DNA of 64,000 nucleotides from Candidatus Moraniibacteriota bacterium (GCA_963743885.1 CAVURJ010000002.1:36721-100720); one strand, 5' to 3'. Counted from the first letter of the stretch, positions 1 to 9,271 are shown. Numbers and translations: made by a program. The notes: generated by a model not told the origin, from the sequence alone.

Positions 1-1
1 G

Positions 2-1426
2 CAAGCAAGCGGGCAGAAAGTTGAAGATCTCCATAAGCATGTCGTCGATCTGATCGAAGTGCCGTGTGATACGTGCGGTGCTGCAATGAAGCGTATCCCA
101 GATGTGCTCGATACGTGGTTTGATTCCGGCTCGATGCCGTATGCCCAGGAGCACTATCCGTTCGCGAACGAGGAGCATTTTAGCAAGAGCTTCCCGGCGG
201 ACTTCATCGCGGAGGGCGTCGATCAGACGCGCGCCTGGTTCTACTATCAGCATGTTCTTGGTACGGCGATCAAGGGGAGCGTTGCCTTCAAGAATGTCAT
301 CGTGAACGGCATCGTGCTCGCTGAAGATGGCAAGAAGATGTCAAAGAAGCTCAAGAATTATCCGGATCCGATGGAGGTGGTCAATAAGCATGGCGCCGAC
401 GCGCTCCGTCTCTATCTCCTCTCGTCGCCGGTCGTCGCAGCGGAGAATCTCAACTTCTCCGAGCGCGATCTCTCGGAGGTCACACGCAACGCGTTCCGCA
501 TGCTCTGGAACTCGTATTCATTCTTCATGACGTATGCCAGCGTCGACCAATGGCAGCCAACAGTTAACAGTCAACAGCCAACGAACTTGCTGGATCGGTG
601 GATCCTTTCCGAATTGCAGATGCTCATCAAGAATCTCGATCAGTCGATGGAAGCGTACGAGATTAACAAAGCGGCGCGCCTTTTCACGCCGTTTATCGAC
701 AATCTCTCGAACTGGTACATCCGTCGTTCGCGCGAGCGTTTCTGGAAGAGCGAAGATGATGGCGATAAGGAACAAGCATACCAGACGCTCTACGACGTGC
801 TCGTGACACTCTCGAAGCTCATGGCTCCTTTCACGCCGTTCTTGTCCGAAGAGATCTACCGCAACCTGACCGGCGAAGCATCTGTACATCTCGCCGATTG
901 GCCGGTAGCTGATGAGAAGTTGATTGATAATGATACGCACGAGAGAATGATGATAACGCGAAACCTGGTGACCCAGGGGCTTCAGAAGCGTACACAAGTA
1001 GGAATAAAGGTGAGACAGCCATTGGCATCTGCGAGCATCTTGGCTGATTTGCCGGCAGAATATAGGGATATCATCAAGGATGAACTGAATGTTAAAGATG
1101 TTATCTTTAGTGTTGCCGAGAGCCTGAAGATGGAGGAGGATATAACGCTTGATATCAATCTTACCGAAGATCTCAAGCTCGAAGGTGAGATGAACGAGAT
1201 CAATCGTGCTATCCAGGATGGGCGGAAGAAAGCGGGCTTCAATGTGGAAGATCGCATCACGCTCGGCTACATCGGCAAGGAGAAGGTCTTCGAGAAGTTT
1301 GGCGACGAGATCGCGAAGAAAGTCCTCGCAACCTCCGTCACGAAGGGTGACCTCGCCGATGCCGAGTATCGCGAAACCGTCACGATCGAAGGTGAAGAGT
1401 TCTCATTCAGTCTGAAAAGAATATGA
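2..1426 (+). CDS. ileS: Isoleucyl-tRNA synthetase, C-terminal ~475 aa (5' end lies outside the window)
   Basis: Open frame from base 2 with no stop. Class I KMSKS signature 'KMSKKLKNYPDP', preceded by 'DTWFDSGSMPYA' and 'DQTRAWFYYQ' blocks typical of IleRS. Stop overlaps the next ATG (ATGA at 1423-1426). Confidence 0.88.
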   Translation, partial: QASGQKVEDLHKHVVDLIEVPCDTCGAAMKRIPDVLDTWFDSGSMPYAQEHYPFANEEHFSKSFPADFIAEGVDQTRAWFYYQHVLGTAIKGSVAFKNVIVNGIVLAEDGKKMSKKLKNYPDPMEVVNKHGADALRLYLLSSPVVAAENLNFSERDLSEVTRNAFRMLWNSYSFFMTYASVDQWQPTVNSQQPTNLLDRWILSELQMLIKNLDQSMEAYEINKAARLFTPFIDNLSNWYIRRSRERFWKSEDDGDKEQAYQTLYDVLVTLSKLMAPFTPFLSEEIYRNLTGEASVHLADWPVADEKLIDNDTHERMMITRNLVTQGLQKRTQVGIKVRQPLASASILADLPAEYRDIIKDELNVKDVIFSVAESLKMEEDITLDINLTEDLKLEGEMNEINRAIQDGRKKAGFNVEDRITLGYIGKEKVFEKFGDEIAKKVLATSVTKGDLADAEYRETVTIEGEEFSFSLKRI

Positions 1427-1962
1427 GCAACGATATCGGCAATTGGCAGGAGCTTGAACGGGAAGAGATATTCAAGAAATACGGACGAGGAATAGAGCGT
1501 GTGCGCTTTCGTCTGCCCAAGGGGAATGAGTCTGATTTCTATCTCCGCTCCGGTCATGACAGCATCGCTTGTTTGGCGCTGACGAAAGACCAGCAGGTAA
1601 TCCTCGTGAAGCAGTTTCGGCCAGGTCCGAAGAAGGTGCTTCTGGAGCTTCCTGGCGGCGGGCTGAATCCTGGCGAATCTTTGGAACAGGCGATGGAACG
1701 AGAACTTCTGGAAGAGACCGGTTATAAGGGGAAAGCGCAATTTCTGACGAGTATCATTCCTGATGCCTATTCCCAGTCGTTCAAGAACGCCTTTGTCGTG
1801 CTTGATTGTGAGAAAGTGGCTGAACCGAAGCTCGAGGATAATGGCGAGGAAGTCGAGGTCGCGCTCATGTCACTCGATGAATTCCGGACGCATATCCATA
1901 CCGGTCAGATGACGGATGTGGAAATCAGCTATCTCTGCCTTGATCACCTCGGATTGTTGTAA
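1423..1962 (+). CDS. NUDIX hydrolase
   Basis: Canonical Nudix box GX5EX7REUXEEXGU in 'GGGLNPGESLEQAMERELLEETGY'. 179 aa. Start overlaps the ileS stop, so translational coupling is likely. Confidence 0.85.
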   Translation: MSNDIGNWQELEREEIFKKYGRGIERVRFRLPKGNESDFYLRSGHDSIACLALTKDQQVILVKQFRPGPKKVLLELPGGGLNPGESLEQAMERELLEETGYKGKAQFLTSIIPDAYSQSFKNAFVVLDCEKVAEPKLEDNGEEVEVALMSLDEFRTHIHTGQMTDVEISYLCLDHLGLL

Positions 1963-1981
1963 TTGTTTTTGAAAAAAGAAA

Positions 1982-2016
1982 AGCCCGCCGGACTGGTTGT
2001 AGTCGGCGGGTTTTTG
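1982..2016. terminator. Bidirectional intrinsic terminator between NUDIX (+) and a convergent minus-strand gene
   Basis: Stem cccgccg/cggcggg followed by TTTTT on plus and preceded by an A-run (T-run on minus). Confidence 0.7.
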
Positions 2017-2026
2017 ATTTTGTGGG

Positions 2027-2884
2027 CTATCTGATTTCCGCGAGCGTTCCGTCGCAGAGGCGGCGGAGCGGCACAGGGGAATCGTCGTGGTAGATGAAGC
2101 CTTCGGCAATCGGATGGTCTTTGCAGAGCTTGCCGCAATCGAGGCAGAGAGCTTTGTCGGCATAGGCGCTTTCGATCGTTCGGAGCTGCGTCCTTGGGAA
2201 TTCCATCTTGGAATAGAAGGCCGTGCATTTCTCCCAAGAGTCGACGACCTTTCCAGTGGTTGCATCGGTCCATTCCGTATATGGACAGACGGAGTATGCG
2301 TCGGTTTCGTGTGCGGATGTGCCGGACTGGATGTATTTCGTCGCGATGATTTCCGGCCGCTGCTTGTTTGCTGTCGATAGGCGGAGCGGTGGTGATCCAT
2401 GCTTGAAGTGATGGAAGAGTCCGAATGGGTCGATGCTTGCTGGCGCTTTCCCGTGTCCGGATTCGTTTCCACATCGGGTGCAGAGAGAGTGCCACCAGAT
2501 GAGGCCGATATCTTGGCCGTTGGAGTTGTTCCATCCGCCGTATTGTCCGACGATAATCGGAGTAGTTCCTTCCATACGAGGAGTGTCACAAATTGGGCAA
2601 CGCGAAGGGACTTCAGCGAAGGTATGCGACGTTGCGTCGATGCGCTTCGTAGAGCTTGATGCGATCGCAGAGCGTTTTTGGGAGGTCTGTGCGTGCAATC
2701 TGAAGCAATGCTGATCCTTCCACGAGGAAAAAACTGTTTGCTTGTATTCCTCGAGGGTGGACTGTCCCCAACGTCCTATCGAATAAATCTTTGCTTTTCG
2801 ATGTTCGACCCGCATCATGATGCCGACGATGATATGCCTGATGACATGGGAAATCGGACGTTTGGTGAGGAAAGCGATGTTCAT
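2027..2884 (-). CDS. Hypothetical Cys-rich protein (285 aa), possible metal-binding; family not recognised
   Basis: Start set at the internal Met 'MNIAFLTK' because AAAGGAG lies 7 nt upstream. A TTGACA-17-TAAAGT promoter sits upstream on the minus strand. Multiple Cys pairs (CPIC, CTRC, CLDC). Confidence 0.6.
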   Translation of the reverse strand: MNIAFLTKRPISHVIRHIIVGIMMRVEHRKAKIYSIGRWGQSTLEEYKQTVFSSWKDQHCFRLHAQTSQKRSAIASSSTKRIDATSHTFAEVPSRCPICDTPRMEGTTPIIVGQYGGWNNSNGQDIGLIWWHSLCTRCGNESGHGKAPASIDPFGLFHHFKHGSPPLRLSTANKQRPEIIATKYIQSGTSAHETDAYSVCPYTEWTDATTGKVVDSWEKCTAFYSKMEFPRTQLRTIESAYADKALCLDCGKLCKDHPIAEGFIYHDDSPVPLRRLCDGTLAEIR

Positions 2885-2932
2885 GACGACTCCTTTCTCA
2901 GTATTCGGTTGGGAAATAACGATTTTCACGGC

Positions 2933-2961
2933 ACTTTAGCAAGTTTGACTCAGGTTGTCAA
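2933..2961 (-). promoter_or_regulatory. Sigma70-like promoter (TTGACA-17-TAAAGT) for the 2027-2884 gene
   Basis: Read on the minus strand: -35 TTGACA, 17-nt spacer, -10 TAAAGT. About 45 nt upstream of the AAAGGAG RBS. Confidence 0.5.
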
Positions 2962-3045
2962 AAGCTAGAGAAAAGCGGAAAATAGATGATGCTAGGCAAT
3001 ATTTCCGTATCCGATACATGATACATACTACGGGATACTTGATAC

Positions 3046-3774
3046 ATGCACATGGAGCTCCGCTACAACGCCGTCATCCTGAAGAAGAAAGAAGTGGGGG
3101 AGACTGACCGTCTCTACACTTTGTATACTTCGAAGCATGGCAAGGTGCAGACGGTAGCGAAAGGCGTGCGCAAGCCGGAGGCCAAGCTCGCGGGTCAGCT
3201 CGAGACGCTCATGCATGGGCTGGTCATTGTGGTGAAGGGGAAGGGCGCGGGCAAGATCGCCGGAGCAGTAGCGGAAAATGTTTTCCCGCATCTTCGGACG
3301 GACGGCGATATTTTGCGGAGGGTCCTCGATACGGTGAACGTCTTCGAGCGTCTCGTCGGATGGGATGAGTCGGATCCGGATCTCTTCCGGCTCCTCTTGG
3401 AGTACCTGCTTCTTGCTGATGGATTGGCAGAAGGGAAGAGGCGCGAAAAGATCGAGCTTCTTTCGGAAGGATTCCTCATGCAGCTCTATGCGCATCTCGG
3501 TTATCGCATCGAGACGGGGACGTGCGCGGTCTCGGGGGAGAAGCTCCGTTCCGGCGAGCAGCACTTCTTCAGTCCGAGCCAGGGTGGGGTGCTCGCGGGC
3601 GGGCATCATCATGGCGATGGCCATACGTTTCCCATCTCCGAGACAGCGATCAAATATATCCGGCTGTTTCTCAATAACCGTCTGGAAAGTCTGGAAAAGG
3701 TCCAGGCGACGGAACGTGAGCTTCGGGAGCTTCGCACGATCTCTTCGCGGTTTTTCCTTTGGATAGAGCGTTAA
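3046..3774 (+). CDS. recO: DNA repair protein RecO
   Basis: N-terminal OB-fold signature 'RLYTLYTSKHGKVQTVAKGVRK' typical of RecO. 242 aa. Confidence 0.65.
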   Translation: MHMELRYNAVILKKKEVGETDRLYTLYTSKHGKVQTVAKGVRKPEAKLAGQLETLMHGLVIVVKGKGAGKIAGAVAENVFPHLRTDGDILRRVLDTVNVFERLVGWDESDPDLFRLLLEYLLLADGLAEGKRREKIELLSEGFLMQLYAHLGYRIETGTCAVSGEKLRSGEQHFFSPSQGGVLAGGHHHGDGHTFPISETAIKYIRLFLNNRLESLEKVQATERELRELRTISSRFFLWIER

Positions 3775-3790
3775 TGTCGCTCTTTGAGCC

Positions 3791-3819
3791 TTGACAAGAT
3801 CTCTGTAGAGGTGTATAAA
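3791..3819 (+). promoter_or_regulatory. Sigma70-like promoter TTGACA-17-TATAAA
   Basis: TTGACA at 3791-3796, 17-nt spacer, TATAAA at 3814-3819. AAAGGAG RBS follows at ~3863. Confidence 0.6.
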
Positions 3820-3878
3820 TAACTTCCTAGTATCTTTACAACCAGCCAGTGAACCGTCGATGAAAGGAGTCTGAAACA

Positions 3879-4904
3879 ATGGGAAATAGGCGTCTTGGAA
3901 TCAAGAACCAAGTCGCGCTTTGGTGGGTATTCGTGATTACTGCTGTCTTCCTGCTGATGAATCTCATGCATGTGCATGAAGATCAACTGCAACCAGCTGG
4001 CGATAAGCCTATCAATCAAAGCGTCCAACCACAACCAATCCAACAAACGCCCGCAAGCACGCAATATGTTGTGCGTCGCGGCGATACCTTGACGAGCCTC
4101 GTGAAGCGTTTCTACAACGGAGATCTTTCCAAGATCGCATCCGTAGCGCAAACGAACCATATCAAGAATCCTGACCTCATTTATGTTGGTCAGACCATCG
4201 TGTTCAGTCACAACTGGACTTCTCCGGAATATGCGAAAGCAAATGCTTCTCCGGAGAAGTTCGCCGTCGTTGGTGGAGCTTCTCGGGACAAGCATATTAC
4301 TACACCTTATTCCGTGAAGCAGCATCGCTCACTGTCGGAAACCCCGACCACTCTCAAGCCTGTTCCTCAGGCAATGGCTACGATTCCGGCGTCGGAAACA
4401 GTAAAACAACCCATCGTAAAAACCTTCTATTCATCTCGACATATCGAAAAGACGGTCCTCGATATACGTGTGCGGTATGGCCATCTCATCGATGCAGCCT
4501 CGAAAATCCACGGTATCGACCCACTCATCATCACTGCCATCATTTACGTCGAATCCAAAGGCAATCCGCGTGCGGAACATCCAGAATCCCATTGTAAGGG
4601 ACTCATGCAACTCGAGGATGGGACGGCAAAGAAGTATGGAGTGACCGACTCCTTCGATCCACGGAAAAACATTTTCGGCGGCACAAAAGTGCTCGCTGAT
4701 TACCTCAACCATCATGCTGGCGGCGACCTCGATCGTGCGTTAGTCTCTTATAATGCCGGGCCTCACTCGAAACTTTTCAAGAAGCCCAGCTTTGATCCTT
4801 CGCGATTTGTGTATGTCCGTCAGGTAAGGGAAGTCTTAAGGGCTATCGACCCTGGCGTAGACGAAGAACGTGTTTTGGTAGGGGGCGGAGAACGATCCTC
4901 TTAG
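3879..4904 (+). CDS. LysM domain + SLT-domain lytic transglycosylase, membrane-anchored
   Basis: N-terminal TM helix. LysM-like 'YVVRRGDTLTSLVKRFY...IKNPDLIYVGQTIVF'. SLT catalytic region 'IIYVESKGNPRAEHPESHCKGLMQL'. Confidence 0.8.
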   Translation: MGNRRLGIKNQVALWWVFVITAVFLLMNLMHVHEDQLQPAGDKPINQSVQPQPIQQTPASTQYVVRRGDTLTSLVKRFYNGDLSKIASVAQTNHIKNPDLIYVGQTIVFSHNWTSPEYAKANASPEKFAVVGGASRDKHITTPYSVKQHRSLSETPTTLKPVPQAMATIPASETVKQPIVKTFYSSRHIEKTVLDIRVRYGHLIDAASKIHGIDPLIITAIIYVESKGNPRAEHPESHCKGLMQLEDGTAKKYGVTDSFDPRKNIFGGTKVLADYLNHHAGGDLDRALVSYNAGPHSKLFKKPSFDPSRFVYVRQVREVLRAIDPGVDEERVLVGGGERSS

Positions 4905-4965
4905 TGTGCAGATATTCTGCATCCGGTCGCGTTCTATTGTAGAATCTTCTGGAAAAATTCCAGGC

Positions 4966-5002
4966 CAAATCCTGCTTGTGCAAACAGCAGGATTTTTTTT
5001 GT
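4966..5002. terminator. Intrinsic terminator
   Basis: Hairpin atcctgct...agcaggat followed by an 8-T run. Confidence 0.7.
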
Positions 5003-5034
5003 TATCAAACGTGATGAATGAGGAAAATGTATAT

Positions 5035-5063
5035 TTGACAAAACATGTAAGAAGGTGTATAAT
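5035..5063 (+). promoter_or_regulatory. Consensus sigma70 promoter TTGACA-17-TATAAT
   Basis: TTGACA 5035-5040, 17-nt spacer, TATAAT 5058-5063. RBS AAGGAAGG immediately before ATG 5101. Confidence 0.7.
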
Positions 5064-5100
5064 ATATTTTCCTAGTAGCTTAAAAAAGGAAGGTGTATAA

Positions 5101-5748
5101 ATGGCTTTATCAAGGGACTTTGTGGCCAGAATGCTTTTTTGGTCGGTTATCGCCGTAGCGGTTCTCATGGCTTTGGGATGCTTTACCCCACGTGAAAACC
5201 GTATCCAGAAGAGCGCTTCTCCGGAGTGGTCTGCTGTAGTAGGTGGGACTTCTCGGGACAAGCAAGCAACAAGTCCCAAGAAATCCCAAGAGCGCCCAGT
5301 CGCTTCTTCCCGTCGCCCGGTAGGTATTAATCGAGGGATCGATTGGCAGGTGGTGGGAATGATTCGCTCACGGTTCGGTTATATCATCCGTGAAGCATCG
5401 GCTACTTACGGAATTCCCGCAACCGTCATCATAGCGATGATTTACGAAGAATCGAAGGGAGACCCGTATGTAATCAGTCCGAAGAATTGCAAGGGGCTGA
5501 TGCAGATCTGCGATAGGACAGCTCAACACTTCAATGTAGGCAATGTCTTCAACCCGCGGGAGAATGTCCTCGGTGGCACGAAAATCCTTTGGGATTATCT
5601 CCACAAGAAGGACGGTGATATCGACAAGGCCTTTTACGCATTTAAGGAAGGCCCGAACGATAAGGCTTTCAAAGACCCATCCTTTGATCCGGCGCAGCAT
5701 CCATATGTGCGCAAGATGAAGGAGACCATCGCGTACCTTTCCGCCTAA
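5101..5748 (+). CDS. SLT-domain lytic transglycosylase (paralog of 3879-4904, lacks LysM)
   Basis: N-terminal TM. Shares the 'AVVGGTSRDK' linker and SLT block 'IIAMIYEESKGDPYVISPKNCKGLMQI' with the upstream gene. Confidence 0.8.
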   Translation: MALSRDFVARMLFWSVIAVAVLMALGCFTPRENRIQKSASPEWSAVVGGTSRDKQATSPKKSQERPVASSRRPVGINRGIDWQVVGMIRSRFGYIIREASATYGIPATVIIAMIYEESKGDPYVISPKNCKGLMQICDRTAQHFNVGNVFNPRENVLGGTKILWDYLHKKDGDIDKAFYAFKEGPNDKAFKDPSFDPAQHPYVRKMKETIAYLSA

Positions 5749-5778
5749 ATGTTTTTCGGGTAACACCCGATATTCAGA

Positions 5779-5817
5779 ATCGCCTATCACATCCGTGTGG
5801 GAGGCGATCTTTTTTTG
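5779..5817 (+). terminator. Intrinsic terminator
   Basis: atcgcct...aggcgat stem followed by CTTTTTTTG. Confidence 0.7.
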
Positions 5818-5833
5818 CTTGAGCTCTATTTCG

Positions 5834-5862
5834 TTGTGAACAGGGGGTTTTTCTGCTAGAAT
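5834..5862 (+). promoter_or_regulatory. Promoter TTGTGA-17-TAGAAT
   Basis: -35 at 5834-5839, 17-nt spacer, -10 at 5857-5862. ~30 nt upstream of ATG 5894. Confidence 0.5.
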
Positions 5863-5893
5863 CACAGTAAATGATACAAAAATATCCTATACT

Positions 5894-7804
5894 ATGTCTC
5901 TCCAAGAACTAAACGAGAAGCTGCACAGCCGTGATGCCGATGCTGGTCTTGGCCGGGAGCAGCGGTCTGGATATGATCCGGATGTTGCACATGCCAGTGT
6001 CGATGGGTTTTCTGGCACGGAAGAGTGGACTCCGGAAAGACCTCCTTCATCATCGGATATCGTATTGTCCGCAGAAGGAATGTTTCGCCGCCGCCGGATT
6101 ATCATCGGTATCGTTTCCATCATCGCTATAACTCTCGCTATTTTGGCTGCATTTGCAATCCGTGGCATGCTGTTCGCTGAGGATCGGGTAGCGTTTTCCG
6201 TTTCCGGTCCGCAGAATGTCGCGAGCGCCGAGCTGGTCACATATACGTTTACGTATACCAACGCTAATTTGGCGGCGCTCCACGACGCGACGCTTGTTGT
6301 GTCCTATCCTGATTCGTTCCATCCGGAGTCTTCCGTACAGGTTAAAACATCTGGTAATCGTGCCGAGATAGCTCTCGGTGATATCGGGCGGAGAGGAAGT
6401 GGTCGAGCATCTATCTCGGGAAAGTTCTATGGATCACGCGGCGAATTAGCTTATCTGCGTGTGACGCTCCGGTATACGCCGAGCAATACCTCTGCCACTT
6501 TCGAGAAAGATGTCCAGTTTGGGGTGAATCTTGCGTCTTCGCCGCTTTCGCTTGAGATTACTGCTCCGCTTGAGATGGCGACCGGACAGGATGTTGAATA
6601 CGTAGTGGATTATCGGAATGATAGCGCGGCGGAGTTTTCTGGCATCAGGCTGTCGATGGAGTATCCTGCCGGATTCAAGTTCTCTAGCGCGGAACCGCGT
6701 CCGTCCGAAGGGGAGTCGGTATGGTATGTCGGGAATCTTGCTGGAAACAGTAGCAGAAAGGTAATCATACGTGGCACACTGGCTGGGACGCGAGATGAAT
6801 ATAAGAAAGTGAGAGGGTTGATTGGCTATCTGCAGGGGGATGGCCAGTTCATCGCGTATAACGTCAATGAGCGCCAGACCAAGATGGTTTCTTCGCCGCT
6901 CTCTATCTATCAAACGATCAATGGACTGTCCGAAGCGAATGTCTCTCCAGGCGAGATGCTTTGGTATGATATAGCGTATCGGAACGATTCTTCTCTCGGT
7001 CTCCGCGATGCCATCATTACTCTCGAAATAGGGGGGCAGTATGTCGATATCTCGCGCCTGCGGCTTCCGAACGGAGGAGCGTATGACGCATCACGTAGCA
7101 TGATAGTCTGGAAGGCTTCCGATGTTCCGGCGCTTTCGCGGCTCGATCCGGGGGAGGAGGGGAAGGTCTCTTTTTCTGTTCCGGTGAAGGAAGCGGCAGC
7201 CATAGGGTCAGAAAAGAACATTTCTATCCGCTCCAGGGCGACGATCGACAGTCCGGATGTCCCGACACCGATCGGATCGAACAAGGGGATTGCGAGCAGC
7301 ATGCTTTACGCGAAACTCAATGCCGTGGTGGCGATGAATCTCCAAGGTTTCTATAGTGATCCGAATCTGCCGAACAGTGGTCCGATACCGCCGGTCGTTG
7401 GTCAGAAGACGACATATTCATTCCATTTGGTACTGGAGAATTTTTCGAGCGATCTGACGAAGTCGAAGGTTTCCGTATCGCTGCCGACAGGAGTTTTGTA
7501 CGAAAGGAAGCATTTGCCGGAAAGCGAAACTATTTCTTGGAATGAGCGGACGAATGAGCTTGTCTGGGAGGTCGGAACCTTGTCTTCCGGGAAGAAGCGC
7601 GAGCTTTCATTTCAGATAAGCATCATTCCTGCAGCGAATCAGGCGGGCAAGGAGGCGATTCTTGTCAATAACGTCTCGTTCTCCGGAATCGATTCGTTTA
7701 CGGAATCGGAGGCGAGTGCATCAATTGGCATGAAGACGACTTTTCTCAGGGAGGATCCATCAATCGGGTCTTCGGGTTTCATGGTGTTGTCTTCCGGAGT
7801 ATGA
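5894..7804 (+). CDS. Membrane-anchored DUF11/CARDB-like repeat protein (636 aa)
   Basis: Single TM helix ~aa 68-90. Several ~100-aa repeats with 'VEYVVDYRNDS', 'LWYDIAYRNDS' and 'GESVWYVGNLAGNSS' patterns typical of conserved-repeat-domain (DUF11) surface proteins. Stop overlaps the tgt start (ATGA). Confidence 0.6.
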   Translation: MSLQELNEKLHSRDADAGLGREQRSGYDPDVAHASVDGFSGTEEWTPERPPSSSDIVLSAEGMFRRRRIIIGIVSIIAITLAILAAFAIRGMLFAEDRVAFSVSGPQNVASAELVTYTFTYTNANLAALHDATLVVSYPDSFHPESSVQVKTSGNRAEIALGDIGRRGSGRASISGKFYGSRGELAYLRVTLRYTPSNTSATFEKDVQFGVNLASSPLSLEITAPLEMATGQDVEYVVDYRNDSAAEFSGIRLSMEYPAGFKFSSAEPRPSEGESVWYVGNLAGNSSRKVIIRGTLAGTRDEYKKVRGLIGYLQGDGQFIAYNVNERQTKMVSSPLSIYQTINGLSEANVSPGEMLWYDIAYRNDSSLGLRDAIITLEIGGQYVDISRLRLPNGGAYDASRSMIVWKASDVPALSRLDPGEEGKVSFSVPVKEAAAIGSEKNISIRSRATIDSPDVPTPIGSNKGIASSMLYAKLNAVVAMNLQGFYSDPNLPNSGPIPPVVGQKTTYSFHLVLENFSSDLTKSKVSVSLPTGVLYERKHLPESETISWNERTNELVWEVGTLSSGKKRELSFQISIIPAANQAGKEAILVNNVSFSGIDSFTESEASASIGMKTTFLREDPSIGSSGFMVLSSGV

Positions 7805-9066
7805 TGGCAGGCTGTATACCAAGATTTCGTCTCGAGCCGGTCGTGGGTGCGTATCGTCGAGGTGTGATTGTTACGGCATCGGGAACCATAAAAACGCCTT
7901 TTTTCATGCCGGACGCGACGAGGGCTGCAGTGCGTGGCGTGACGCCGGATGAAATCAGGGCGAGTGGCATTTCGGCGCTCGTCGTGAATACGTATCACCT
8001 CATGTTACAACCTGGCGAAGCGCTGATAAAAAAGGCAGCAGGACCTGCCCGCAATGCTACGCCCGCCAGCAACGCTTTGCGTAGCAATGCGGACTGGTAT
8101 AGCGTTGCAGGCGGGGGGATTCATCAGTTCATGGGCTGGGCTGGTCCGACACTTTCGGATTCTGGCGGATACCAGGTGTATTCGCTTATCCATAGGAATC
8201 CAGAGATGGGTCGGATCACTGAGGATGGCGCTGAGTTCAAGTCGGTCCTCGACGGCTCGAAGCACCTGCTCACGCCGGAGCGAGCGATCCAGATCCAGTT
8301 TGATCTTGGGGTTGATATGATGGTGTGTCTTGATGACCCGCGTCCGAATAGCGCCGGGGAAGCCGAGGTAGCAGAAGCAGTGGAGCGGACACTCCGCTGG
8401 GCGAAGCGTTGCAAAGATGAATATACGAAGCAAGTCACAGAGCGCGGGCTGACCGAAGAGACGAGGCCGCTCCTTTTCGGTGTGGTGCAGGGTGGGATGT
8501 TTGTGGACCTGCGCGAGCATTGCGCGTCAGAGCTTGCGGCGATCGGCTTCGATGGGTACGGTTTCGGTGGACGGCATATCGATGAGGAAGGCGTTTTTCT
8601 CGAGGAGATCGTTGCGAAGACCGCGGCTGCTATCCCGAAGGATGCGCTCCGGTTCGCGCTCGGCATCGGGACGCCGTCAGATATCGTGCGCTGCCACCTT
8701 CTCGGTTGGGACATGTTTGACTGTGTGATACCGACGAGAGAAGGACGGCATGGCCGTTTGTTTGTCATGAATGACAAGCAAACGGAATTTCCAATTTCCA
8801 ATTTCCAATTTCCAAATAATGATCAAAATCTCAATGACCAAAATGAAGAGGGATCTTTCTATCGAACATTGAATATCAATAATGAACAGTACGGCGAGGA
8901 TTTTTCGCCAGTCGATCCGACGTGCGATTGTGAGCTGTGTACGAAGCATACGAGGAGCTATCTCAAGCATCTCTTCAAGGTAGCGGATCCGCTGGCTGGC
9001 CGTCTCGCCTCACTTCATAATCTCCGCTTCTACGCTCGGCTCATGGAGCGGCTGCGCGGAGAATAA
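7801..9066 (+). CDS. tgt: Queuine tRNA-ribosyltransferase (tRNA-guanine transglycosylase), with two in-frame inserted segments
   Basis: 'TPFFMPDATRAAVRGVTPDEI', 'LTDSGGYQV'-like block, Zn site 'CDCELCTKHTRSYLKHL'. Extra segments at nt 8045-8105 and 8786-8850 relative to canonical Tgt. Confidence 0.85.
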   Translation: MMAGCIPRFRLEPVVGAYRRGVIVTASGTIKTPFFMPDATRAAVRGVTPDEIRASGISALVVNTYHLMLQPGEALIKKAAGPARNATPASNALRSNADWYSVAGGGIHQFMGWAGPTLSDSGGYQVYSLIHRNPEMGRITEDGAEFKSVLDGSKHLLTPERAIQIQFDLGVDMMVCLDDPRPNSAGEAEVAEAVERTLRWAKRCKDEYTKQVTERGLTEETRPLLFGVVQGGMFVDLREHCASELAAIGFDGYGFGGRHIDEEGVFLEEIVAKTAAAIPKDALRFALGIGTPSDIVRCHLLGWDMFDCVIPTREGRHGRLFVMNDKQTEFPISNFQFPNNDQNLNDQNEEGSFYRTLNINNEQYGEDFSPVDPTCDCELCTKHTRSYLKHLFKVADPLAGRLASLHNLRFYARLMERLRGE

Positions 9067-9100
9067 CGGGTATTCACCCCAGGGAAAGCCCTTGACCCAA

Positions 9101-9125
9101 AAACGAACTGATGTTCGTTTCTTTC
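9101..9125 (+). terminator. Probable terminator for tgt
   Basis: aacgaac/gttcgtt hairpin followed by tctttcc. The T-run is weak. Confidence 0.4.
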
Positions 9126-9216
9126 CGCGGCAAGCCGCGGGGTATTATACCCGATTTTACCGGCACTGCGCTCGGAAATGAGAGCTTGCTCTCATTTCTC
9201 TCACTTCGTTTGGTAA

Positions 9217-9253
9217 TAAAAAAAGGCCGCGACAGGAGTACTGTGCGCGGCTT
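9217..9253 (-). terminator. Intrinsic terminator for the minus-strand gene 9272-9583
   Basis: On minus: gccgcg...cgcggc stem followed by TTTTTTTT (A-run 9217-9224 on plus). Confidence 0.65.
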
Positions 9254-9271
9254 TGGTCTTGCTGGCCTTGG

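Noticed and set aside
2027-2929. Longer 300-aa version of the Cys-rich minus-strand protein starting at 2929
   Set aside because: A canonical AAAGGAG RBS sits 7 nt before the internal Met at 2884 and the promoter lies between 2933 and 2961, i.e. inside the putative longer N-terminus.
3028-3879. 283-aa minus-strand ORF antisense to recO, 310-aa ORF (16901-17833) antisense to metG, 289-aa ORF (24651-25520) antisense to atpA, 417-aa ORF (18601-19854) antisense to the 18427 gene, and 234-239-aa ORFs antisense to the exonuclease and uppP
   Set aside because: Each fully overlaps a gene with recognisable conserved motifs on the other strand. Their translations are low-complexity, Arg/Leu/Cys-rich, and lack RBS or promoter.
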